DNA of 63,110 bases, filler included. It is 13 parts of 13 records of this genome, joined end to end, with 100 filler letters (N's around TTAATTAATTAA, not from the genome) between each part and the next. Parts side by side here need not be neighbours in the genome. Positions count along the whole stretch, not along the records: positions 33,223 to 36,667 come from SRR15195285_588; positions 36,768 to 42,443 come from SRR15195285_596; positions 42,544 to 46,897 come from SRR15195285_601; positions 46,998 to 51,842 come from SRR15195285_605; 9 more parts are not named here. One strand, 5' to 3'. The translations under genes were made by a program, and so were the position numbers. Positions within the stretch are counted from its first letter, which is position 1; each line of letters opens with the position of its first letter. A model generated the notes under the pieces. It worked only from the letters and a program-made list of their open reading frames with translations. It was not told the origin of the DNA and made no database searches. Positions 36,401 to 47,270 of the stretch are shown piece by piece.

Positions 36401-36667
36401 TGGCGGAGCTGACCACCGCCGTGGCATTGCTTGGGAGCACGAGGGTAAGTGTCCACCAGGAGGCCCGGGCTATGATAATGTTGCCCATGCCTCGTTCTGG
36501 TGGCGAGCGTCGATCCGTTATTCGAAGTTCCTCCAGCGCGAAGCCTGAAGAGTAATTGCCAAAGGTGAGCGAGATCCGCCCATTTGACAAGCTCAGTGCA
36601 GGGGTGCCGCCGGCGATCTCACTGCCGCCGCTACCGCCGCCGCTCCCGCCGCTGCCGCTCCCGCCGC
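33475..36667 (-). CDS. DUF6259-like putative glycoside hydrolase, 5'-partial, multi-exon
   Basis: YPSSLATMQFMA, LYFAAHD, GDSWWEATQEYRSWA, DTHFPVY, GVKCLPYTNARVF, MCPYTQYWQ, DGVYLDQ|VAEAAPERCFDPTHGHLIGGGSHW match the motif order I recall for bacterial DUF6259 proteins. Fragments are separated by GT-AG introns. Confidence 0.72.
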
Positions 36668-36797
36668 NNNNNNNNNNNNNNNNNNNNNNNNNNNNNNNNN
36701 NNNNNNNNNNNTTAATTAATTAANNNNNNNNNNNNNNNNNNNNNNNNNNNNNNNNNNNNNNNNNNNNCTGCCCAAGGGGTCAGCAGGGGGGAGAGAG

Positions 36798-39700
36798 ATG
36801 AGAGAGGTTGCTGAGGAGCGGGATGAGGAGGAAGGCGCGCAAGAGGAGGACGCCGTGGACGCTGATGAGGTTGGTGGTCCGAGCTCGGACGTGGAGATCA
36901 GCGCAGAGGACACCTGGTCTGCCTGGGCTGGGCTGCCGAGTGGACTGCCGCATGTGTCCGGCTCTGCCTCGCCCAGCCACGGTGAGCCGACGCCAGACTG
37001 GGCGAGCAGTGCTGCGGCAGCAGCTCCGACTAAGGGGTCGTTCGAGTCATTCGTGCCACAGGAACGGCCAGGAACGGCTGACTTCGAATCCGACTTCGGC
37101 AGTGACGCTGCGCTAGCCGCTGGGATGGGCGGCGCGAGACTCGCCGGGGCGTACGACACGGCCGCTGCTGCGGAGCCTAGAACTGCGGCCTCGGGGGCGA
37201 CGCCGAATTCGGCGTGTGTGATCCCGACGGATATGTGCTGGCCGTCGCAGGACGAGCTGGCCGTTGCGGCCGCCACATCTTCGCTTACTGATGGTCACGC
37301 TGTGCGGGCTGGTCAGCAGCACGACCCGCGTGTTCCACCATTTGTCGCCGAGATGCAGAGCGTTTGTTGGTGCAAAAAGCGGGACTGCTTGGTAGAGCTC
37401 TGGACGAAGCACGCCGACTCGGAGGGGTGGAAGGCATGGAAGAAGTGTGAAGCTGCAGAGGTGGAGGTGCGGAACATCGTCGAGAACAATCCACGGCGCA
37501 GCGAAAAGACGAAGGTGAAAGGAGGTTTCAAAGATGTCATCGGTGGCTATGCTGGGTCGAACGACACTGCACGCACCACTGCCGATGGGGTAGGCACCAC
37601 TGCGACCAGCGTGGGCACGGCTGGAGCCACTGTCTCTGGAGCTGTGGAGGATGCTGTGGTGCCTTTGCCACGTGGCGCGAAAGCAGTGCACCGCCGCAGC
37701 TTGCTAGATGCAAAGCGGAGCTCGAACGACCTGGCCGAAGCGGAGATTGTGCGCTTGTCGAAGCTGAAGCTGCTCGGTCCCGAAGAAAAATCCGTATGCT
37801 TGGCAACGCTCTGCTACCTTGTTCGGCGCACATACGACGGCTGGTTGGGTAAGCGTCCAGGGCATACCCAACAAGAGAAGGTCGCCAAGCAACCACGCAG
37901 GCGGTCTCGGCTGCACCGCTTGGGTCTGAACAAGTACGCGCAGCGCTCGTCTATGGAAAGCCTGTGCTCCCTCGAGGACCTCCCAAGTGCCGAGTGCAGA
38001 TGCAAAAAGCACTGCATGTTCGCCGCGAACGTCTCGGATCTCCACTACTTCCGTCGGCAGGTACGCAAGGCGATGGACACGGGTGTCGGCGAGGATATGT
38101 TCCAAGTGGTCCAAGAGATTCTGATCCACTACCCGGGCATCTGTTCGCACGCGGTCCACCTCATTACTGGGCACTCGCCTGCAACCATCAACGGCTATCG
38201 GCAGTACGCGACGCTTGGTGCGTTTCGGAAGGCACATGGCAACACTGGCCGCTCTCCGTGGAACATTGCGCCGAAATGGGTGCTAGCGGCTATCCGCGAC
38301 ACACTCGATGTATGCACCATGAAAGATCCTGAGTCCAAGGTACGCCGGCCCGTCAACCCAACTACGGCTGGCGTAAGGAAGATGTACGAGCACATGCGCT
38401 CTGGTAACGTGAAAACCGGCCGCACGATGGCAGATCTGCGTGCGGCTCCTCTGTGTATTGACAGTGCTGGTCGGGATATTAGCCCCGAGGACATGTTCGT
38501 CGATCGCTGCAAGGCATGGTGCTCGCTCAGCACCTTTGCGCGAGGTGTAGCGCAGATTTGCCGAGCGGAAGGCTGCAAGCTGCTGCGAGCTCAGACGGGC
38601 CACAACAAGTGCCCTTATTGCTTGGAAATGGAACAGGAAATTTTGACGACTCATGCGGAGGTATGCGCTGTCCGTTTTTGTTTGGACGATGGCATCACTC
38701 ATCGGATTGATCGAGCTGACCCATCAACTTGTGTGTTGTTTGCAGCACGAGATTGCTTCGAAGGATCCGTTTCCAGACGAGCACAGGTGCTCGCACTTGC
38801 TACAGAAGCACCACGAAGCCCTCGAAAAGTACAGAGAGCACGTGGCGAATGACTATTGGACGCGCGGATACATCAATTGTATGAAGCGGCTATCCATCGC
38901 TCTAGATCGGGTCTACACGAACGCCTTGGCCCAGCACAGTGGCGAGTGGAGCGCAAACGATAGGCAACAGTTCGGAGAGTACGTTCTCTGCGCCAGAAAT
39001 TTAACGATTCCTCTTATTGCGAAGTTGCTCCTCAGTTGCGTTTGTCATATCATGATGTCTGCATCTCTTTGTGGCGTGCTGCTCGTGACGTTGTGACTGC
39101 ATCCTTTGCAATGCCAGTTACATCATGTTTGTGCATATGGATGACCGCTCCGACAAGGACGTGCCGAGCACACCTGTCCAAACGGAGACAGTGCAATATG
39201 CGAATCCATGCCACATACATGGTGAGCACGACCACGTGGACAACACGGCCGACATCTATATCATGGAGCCTGGTGGTGGCTCAAAGACAACTTCGTGTGT
39301 CAAAGATGAGTGGTGCGCATCTAGACTGCACCGCTCCCACTTGATGGTTCGTTTACCCTCATATAGACCGTCACAATTGTGATTGCGATAGGTACCTCAA
39401 CATCATCACGCGCTGCAAAAAGCAACGCCCACATGTCATTGTGGCCGAGTCGGATTGTGGGCCACTGCAACTCAATTCGAAGATGGTGAGGTTTGGTCGA
39501 TGGCTGGTCGATACTGGGCATTGCAAATTCTTTGTGCTCATTTTCCACGAACAGCGGCACTCGAAGGGCGAGGCTGACGGTGACTTTGGTCACATGACGA
39601 TTGCTATGGATACTGAAGTCCAACTTGGAGCCGATTGCATCGGCCATACGGTCACTAGCTTACCACGAGTGGAATCGCGGCTTGAGTACAGGATGCGAGC

Positions 39701-41428
39701 GCACCTGGGCAATTCCAATATGAAGTGCGACTATGATGCGCACGAGAATGGGCTCTACAAGTTTGTCGGGGGGCTCGGAAAGAAGAAAGACAACATTCAC
39801 TTGATTGTCATCGGCCACGAGTACGCTGCACTCTCGGACTCCGCAGTTGAGGTGGCTGGCCCCAAGGGTACGACTATTACCACGAGCTTGCGAAAGGAGA
39901 TGAGGAAGATCGGACCGCAGGTGCCCCTCGACAAGAACGGGAACGCGCCTCCAGGCACTGCCGAACTGTGGGAGTATCCACCCCGCTCAGCGTGCCTCAC
40001 CTACTCCGACGTAGGCGACATTTCTGTGCGCAATGGCAAGATTGTGTCGAACCAAAGTGACTCATCAACGGCAACCGAGGACGAGGGCCTGTGGGAATGG
40101 GAGGAGGGTGGGTCTGAGGGTGTACCAGCCATATGTCCCCTAACAGGTGCATCTCTCGAGGACACATTCTCGCCCGAGACATGGATGCATAAGATGGCAC
40201 AATCGTGCGATGACCTTGCAGATGAAGAAGCGCAAAATGATGACGATGAGGGCCGACAGCCCGACGCTCCTTTGGACGGCGAGATCGACGTGATAGTGCT
40301 GGACGAGCAGTCCGACGAGGAGGAGGCAGAGGAGGCCGGAGCTCAGGTCGAGGGTGATGTGGGGAACATGGTTGCGCGAGATGGCACGAAGCACCGGTCC
40401 TTCTTCATGTGGGAGCGCAAGCCTGTGTATAAGGCAGACATCAACGTGTGGGACAAGCCAAAGGTAGGCAAACGGGGCATCGGCATGCTCCCAAGCCAGG
40501 CTGACAAAACTGGTCACAATGGCCACCACATGCGGAAGTCGCTAGGCCCATGGCTACGTGCAGGTGGCAAGGCGCTCGAGGACCGCCTGTACCAGGACGA
40601 TCTAGCTACGATGTATGGCGATAAGCCATGCACTGTAACAACAGCTGATGAGCTCTACAACGGGAAAACGCTGCGTGTTTCCAGCGACAAGTGGATTACG
40701 CGGCCGCCAAGCACCGTTGCGAAGGCACCAACGAAGTTGTGTGCAGAGGCGATGGTCGCTGCCGCACTGAAGTTGCGAAGAAATGGCGAGGATGGGTGGG
40801 TGCCACCGACTTGGGAATATGAGGCCACACCATACGACCCAGTGCATGTGTCTGTGGTGAACGCTGGGGGCTTTTACGAGCCAGCTTTGGAGCGGCTAAG
40901 GCAAAGCGTTGCTGCTATGCCCGTCGACGCGAAGATTGGTATCGCCGAGCTGCGGCAGGAGTGTTGTAAGGAGAATGGGTGTCCAATTGATGAAGTCGCG
41001 GCGAGGATTGCCAACGCCCAGCAAAGTGAAGGCGACAACACTGAGCGGCGAGCAAAACGGCAGCGCCACACACTCGATGTAAGCTACAGCTGCATTACAT
41101 ACTTGCGTATTTGTGTCACGAACGTGCCCCCATGGCTGTTCGAATCAACCAGATGGCTTTTACCATCATTGTGTTGCTACTACATGTGGTCCCTTTCATG
41201 GGATTTGCGTAGCAAAATGCAGGCGCTGCATCACGGCAACCATCACCAGCAACCAGTGCTGCAGCACGTGTTCGTCGTACGCTGTCACCTGATCGGGACG
41301 TCACGTGGGAGACTGCGCGACAAATGTTCATGACCGCAGGAGCAGCGCCCATCCGGCCCACAAACGGGCCATCTGCACGTGCTATGCTGGTGCCAGCCGC
41401 TCGTTCTGCATCTGGGGACAATCAATGA
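36798..41428 (+). mobile_element. Divergent Sola/DUF7869-like DDD transposase gene (5 exons; 5' end possibly truncated)
   Basis: Introns 38661-38745, 38979-39117, 39313-39391 and about 41079-41211 give one continuous frame. It contains CRCKKHC, AHGNTGRSP, SLSTF, HNKCPYC, FVHMDDRSDKDVP, GGSKTTSCV, VAESDCGPLQLN and FHEQRHSKGEADGDFG. No TIRs visible within the contig. Confidence 0.65.
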
Positions 41429-41445
41429 AGAACAGATGTTGGTCT

Positions 41446-42443
41446 TCACTCTTCACCCTTGTGAAGACCGAGGCATGAGAACAACGCCACCGAGACGTCT
41501 CGCGCGCCGCGATTCGCTTTGCCTGCTGCGAAGGCATACCCAATCGCGCCAGCTGCGTCGTCGCGCGAGGATATTCTAGCTAGCGCAGTTGATACCTGGC
41601 AGAGCTTAGATCGAATCGCGTTCTTGTTTGTGGGGCTCTCAGCTGCACTGAGCAGAAACGTCCCGACACGCTCTAGCTTTGCGTAGAGGTGCTCGTCTGG
41701 ATCGGTTGAGCATTGTGCGACACTTGGCACTGTGCTCACTGCTGAAGTCGCTGCATGCTCAAGCGTGGGAAGAGAGGACGCCACTGGCGCTGCTGCCACA
41801 GCCGCAGAAGCTGTGCCTGACCCTGCTGCTGCTGCTGCTGCCGACGCTGCAAAACGCGGAATGGAGCCACCATGGATCTGAGCTACAATGTTTGCTATCA
41901 CCACGACCATTGCAGACCCAGGATTGTGGGGCGCAGCGTATCGGTGTGCCTGCAGCTTATTAGGATTGAGTAGCGCGTCGGTCACAAGCCCTTGTATGCC
42001 GTCCGTCCGCAGCAGTGCTTGGGCGTGCTTTGGCATTTTCTGCAAGCTCTCCATAACCGTCGGGGTGACACGTCCCGGACTGGTCGATGAGTCCTGAGTG
42101 TTCGTGAGTTCATGAAGGGCCGCGGGATTTGTCGGCTCGTTCCGAATCTGTGTTCGTGAATCTGTGCTTTGAATCTGGGTTCGCACTGACAGCGTTGGTT
42201 GTGGCGTCGGCGTTGTACCTACCTGTTGCGCAACCTGCCGTTCCTGTCGTATTGGTAATGGGGGAGCAGGGCCAGCAGGTGCTTCCTTCCGCGGCCGCTT
42301 CACCTTGCGAGCGCTGGCAGATGTCGGCTGCCATAGTTTGCATCGGTCAATTGCTTCAGTCAGCAAGACGGCACCCACTCTGGCTGTCGCTTTGATCAAG
42401 CGCGTACGCGAAGTCGGCATCATCGTCAGCAACGGCTCATCCT
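41446..42443 (-). CDS. 5'-partial hypothetical low-complexity protein, convergent with the transposase-like gene
   Basis: 328-aa ORF open to the contig edge; Ala/Pro/Thr-rich; basic stretch RKVKRPRK. Confidence 0.45.
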
Positions 42444-42741
42444 NNNNNNNNNNNNNNNNNNNNNNNNNNNNNNNNNNNNNNNNNNNNTTAATTAATTAAN
42501 NNNNNNNNNNNNNNNNNNNNNNNNNNNNNNNNNNNNNNNNNNNTAATGCTAGTCAACCGAAGGTTGCAATTATTCCGATACCGTTGCCACGGTCGCTCGA
42601 TTCTAATCTGGGCACTGTGAGCTTGCTTCGCACGTGCAATTGTGTGGCACCGCCGTGGGATCTGGGAATTCCCACCTTCGAAGGTGTACGGCGGTGCGGC
42701 GCCGCCGCTACACTGCGTGGGCGGGCGAGGGATCTCTGGAG

Positions 42742-45700
42742 ATGATGGCGCTGATCGCCATGTCTGCCGTCGCAGCCTCTGCGCCTCTCGCCCGCGCAGC
42801 CCAGAGTGTCGAGCGCTCGCATTGCCACGTAGGCAAATGGACAGAGGCGCCACTGAACGTGCCTCTGGATGGTGGCTCCGCCGCGCCTTCCCTGGGTTCC
42901 GGCGGTGGCGTCGTCGATGGGCCGATATCAGGGAACGGGGATTTCGGCCTGGTTGTCGGCACGAACGAGCGCACGCCTACCGCAGCAAACGGGTCGCAGC
43001 TGCTTATGTACGTCGACACGATGCATTTCCGCGACGTCATCAGCGATACAGGCCAAGTGTACTGCGGATACGACAGCAAAGATGCCGGCAAGCGCGGCGT
43101 GGGATTCCTCCGCGTTGGCCCAGCGGTGGCGGCTAAGGCCAACTCGACGACGATGGAGCAGCACATTCGCAACGGTACGGTGGTGACAACCCAAGATTTT
43201 GGCACGTACAGCCTCCGCACGCAAAGTTTCGTTGCGGCGACGGAGAATGTGATGGTGACAGAGCTTCAGTGCAGCGGTCCGTGTGCGCTTGTGATCGAAA
43301 CGAACCCGATCACATCGCCCGATGTCGGCAACTGCATTCTCCAAAGCAGTGGTAGGGCTGGCCCTGGCGCGCCTGTCACCAGCCAGTGGTTCAACCGCAG
43401 CATCGGTCGTGGCTTCCGCGTAGCGTACGGCCGCCATCCGCGAGCTGTCAACCAGGTGCACAAGCATCGCGTGGCCGTTGGCACTGGCTACGTTGGGGTT
43501 GCAGCGGGCCAGATCTCGTCTGCAAACGGCAGCCTTACGGGCCATGTGCTTAGCCTCAGCGCCGGCCAAGTCGTGACGGTAATCACAGCGTTGCACACAA
43601 ACCGGGAGCTTCTTTTCAAGGGTGAGGGCGACCCAGACGAGCCACTTCGGTCAGTCGGCGAGCAGCTGATGCGCTTTTCATCACAGCCAGCGGCGCTGGC
43701 TGGGCTGAAAGCCGCACACAGCGCGTGGTGGGCAGAGTACTGGGAGAAATCAGGGGTAGCCTTCGGATTGGATCCAGCAGGAGGGCTCTCGGTCGCAGAG
43801 CGTTTGTGGTATGGCACAATCTATATGCTTACGGTGACGAATCGTGCGAACTACACCACGCACACGCCACCTTCGGGGCTGTGGCACAACTTCTATACAG
43901 CGGACCAACAGGGCTGGCCTGGCTACACTACAGATATCAACACGCAGAGTCCATACTTTGGTGCGGCGGGCGCCAACCATGCTGAGACAGAGGAGGCAAT
44001 GATCGTACGCACGCCCATGGGATCCCATGCCACTTTCAGCGAATGACTGTGCTCGACCTCTCTCGTCTGACCAAGAGACGATTTTGTCTTCGTAAATCTT
44101 TGAACCGCCTGTGTATGCACAACAGGACCTTCATGATCAATTCATTCCACTTGGTCAGCGGATAAGTGCACTCGCGTACAACTGCACCAGACCAGGGGTG
44201 CTTCTGCCGGTGGAGATTGACGCTTATGGAGGCACGAAAATCTGGACTGATCAAGGACTCAAGTCTAACGCCGTTCTGATGGCCATGGTACACATCAATC
44301 ATGGTCGTCTCACGGGCCGGGTCGATGGGCAGGTGTATCGCTATTTGCAGGAGGTTGGAGACTTCTGGGAGTGCTGTGAGTACTCGCTGCTGCTGCGTAC
44401 TTCTTACTTTTGAATTCACGTGAATTGGGCTGCTCCATTTCTGACTGCCGATTGTGATCATCGTCATGACTGTCCGTCCGTTCCAGACCTCGTTCGCGAG
44501 TCAGACGGCCAGGGGTATGTGTACCAGGACTTAGACGACTGCCCTTACGAAATCTGCGGTGCCGACCACTACGGCCCAATTGGGGGCATGCCCGCTGAAT
44601 TTGCCAGCAGCGTTAACAATCCGACCAATTCCATTGCGATGATTCGTACCCTGTTTCAAGCTCTGCTGGACTTCTCGAGGGTTCTGAATGTGGACGCGGA
44701 GCTACGACCACGATGGCAAGACATTCTGGACAATTTAGCACCCTACCCTACAAATGTTGAACCGGCAGATGGGTACAAACCAGGACAGATTTTTGTGGAT
44801 TGGGATGGGGCGCCCAATCCCCCCAAAGGCGATAATCAGATGTTGGGTGTGATACAGCTCGTGTATCCCGCTGGCCAGGCTTGCTCGAGCTCGGCGAACC
44901 GGACACTGTTTGAGACTGCAAAGAACACGCTTGATTACGTAGACAACTGGCACGCAAGCTCCGACGCAGCGTGCATCATGTACCAGATCAGCACGCGGCT
45001 CAACTACAACCAAACCGCAATTTACCCCAGCTTTGCGTGGGCACTCGGTTCTAAGCCAAGGCCCGGATTCAGCAACGGTAATCTGCTGGAGAACGGTATG
45101 ACGCAGGCGCAAAACGCTGCAGGCGCGCTCGCATACGTCAACGAGCTCTTGGTAAGATCGGATGAGCCGTTCGTCCGCTTCTTCCCTGGCCACTTCTCTT
45201 CCATCGCGCCAGAACAGCATGGCTTCCCTCTCTCTGAGCACCAGTCTCATCACCAGTGGCAAGCGGGAGCTCAGCGAATGGAAGCAGCAGGAGGTGGTGG
45301 TGGTGCTGCTGCTGAATGCAACCTCACAGGAATCTGGTACGATCTGCACAACTCTGGGAAGCCGACGAACAAGAACAAGTTCGAGTTGAAACAGGTCGCG
45401 TTGAGCACTGACGAGAGTGGGCGTACTAGCAACGCCAGCTGGCGCTGGCGGATTGATCAGCCAAACGAATGGGGTTGCGATGTGTTCGTGAACGCGACCA
45501 CGGCGTCAGGTACACCACCCACCCCAGCTGTGCCGCGCGTGGCCGGCCATCCTGAGTGTGGTGTAGACGTATCTGCGCAACCCTCACGACCTGCACGTGA
45601 CGAGTTTGGATTCTTTTGGCCAGCTCATGGCGCTACACCCAACACACTGCAGTACATGGCCCCGACACCGGATTGCCAATATCTGTGCTTTGCGAACCTT

Positions 45701-46174
45701 AAAGCCGCGGCTCAAGCAGGGAACCTACCGTACGCGCGAACTACAGCTCCGGCACCTCCTGGCATCTGCAACTTTGCGACCGGTGGCGGCAGTGGCGGCG
45801 GGCCTTCCAGCGCAGCAGCTACCCCGTGGCTGAATGCCTCGTTTTCTGGACTGCGTGTCAAGGGCGCCCAGGGTACTTCCCTCTGCCCTCTGTCGGCTGG
45901 GCTCTGCACATTCCTCGTTGGAGCTAGTCTCTCTGCACGTGGCGAGGTCAGCGACATCGACGTTTTCAGCGAGCGTGGCGGCAACTTCACTTTTCTGTCG
46001 CCATTTCCGGCGTCGGCGACGCTCATCGTCGAGGGGCACCACGGCAACGACACAGTGCGAGTGCCGTTGCGCCGGTGGGCGCCAGCGGGGCTATTCCATC
46101 TAGACGCGCACGAGGCAGTCTTTGCCTTCGAGTCGAAGGCGAATGCTAGCTATGTGATTTCACGGCGGAGCTAG
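42742..46174 (+). CDS. Secreted GH95-like (alpha-L-fucosidase-like) glycoside hydrolase, 3 exons
   Basis: Signal MMALIAMSAVAASA; DGPISGNGDFGLVVG; AAHSAWWAEYWEKSGV; PPSGLWHNF...WPGYTTDINTQSPY; RWQDILDNLAPYP; VNELLVRS...VRFFP...ASFSGLR...FLVGAS...FSERG...SPF. Introns 44005-44125 and 44376-44486. Confidence 0.8.
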
Positions 46175-47100
46175 ATTAGATGCCGAGCTGTTGCGAGCGC
46201 GCGCGCTCGTGTGTGATGAGGGAGAGACTGGTATTACTGGTACTGGTGCTGCTTCAGCATTGCCATGAGGCCATGGCGTGTAAGTTCACATATGCAAATC
46301 AGTTTGTAGAGACTGGATCGCTACACTGTCTCGCCACGCGAGTGCTGGGTTGCATGCCGAGAGGCAGGAAGCTAGATGACAATGACGAAGCAAATTACAT
46401 GGTTTCTGTCATGTTATCATTTTCTGGCCACTAAATGAGCGAATATCGCCCACCCAAAGCCATCGCCCACCACCATAGCCCACACCAACACGCTACTGGC
46501 CTCCGCCGCCGCCGCAGGCAGCGGGCTGGGCGCCAGCATCGCGCACCCGAACGTTGAGCAACGCAATGCGCGGTGGCAAAAATGCATGATGCAGCCCCAG
46601 TTTATTTTCGATTTTCCAGAATTTCTTCAGGAGATTGCCCCGATTGCTCCGTCAAATCACCACGTGGATGGTGCACCTCACGAATGAACGCCGCACTCGC
46701 AAGGTGCGCAGGAAAGGCACTCGCGGGCCACCGCTATTGATCAGCCTGGGCTGTGTAGTGGCGGGATTCCTTGGCACAGACCTGAGATGCTAAGGCAGTT
46801 GATGGAGAGGCGTGATCATCTGAGGCAGATGATGGATCCACGTGAGCTCGAGCTCTCGGGCGCAGCTGCAGTCAGCGCTGTGAGCAGTCCGGACGACNNN
46901 NNNNNNNNNNNNNNNNNNNNNNNNNNNNNNNNNNNNNNNNNTTAATTAATTAANNNNNNNNNNNNNNNNNNNNNNNNNNNNNNNNNNNNNNNNNNNNCCG
47001 TGCACCCCTCTGATCACCTCGAATCGCCTGCTTTTTCGCACGGATTACTCAGTAAATTGGCATTGTTTTGACTCTCACTCTGCTGAGGATTGAATTTAGA

Positions 47101-47117
47101 AATTCTGACCCAGCCTG
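47101..47117. repeat. Candidate transposon/MITE terminus AATTCTGACCCAGCCTG (copy 1)
   Basis: Identical 17-mer at 51965-51981 on another contig; 13/17 match at 280-296. Confidence 0.5.
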
Positions 47118-47270
47118 TGACAAGCAAGCTCCCTGGCTCCGGGTTGAACTGAGAACTCCACGCGCGCGCGTTCCCCGTTCCACGCGCGGGATCCGCGCGC
47201 GCGCGCTCGCCGCGGGCGCAAAATAATTTCGCATCGCGTGCCGGGCGGCGCTCGGCCGAACGGTATCGAC

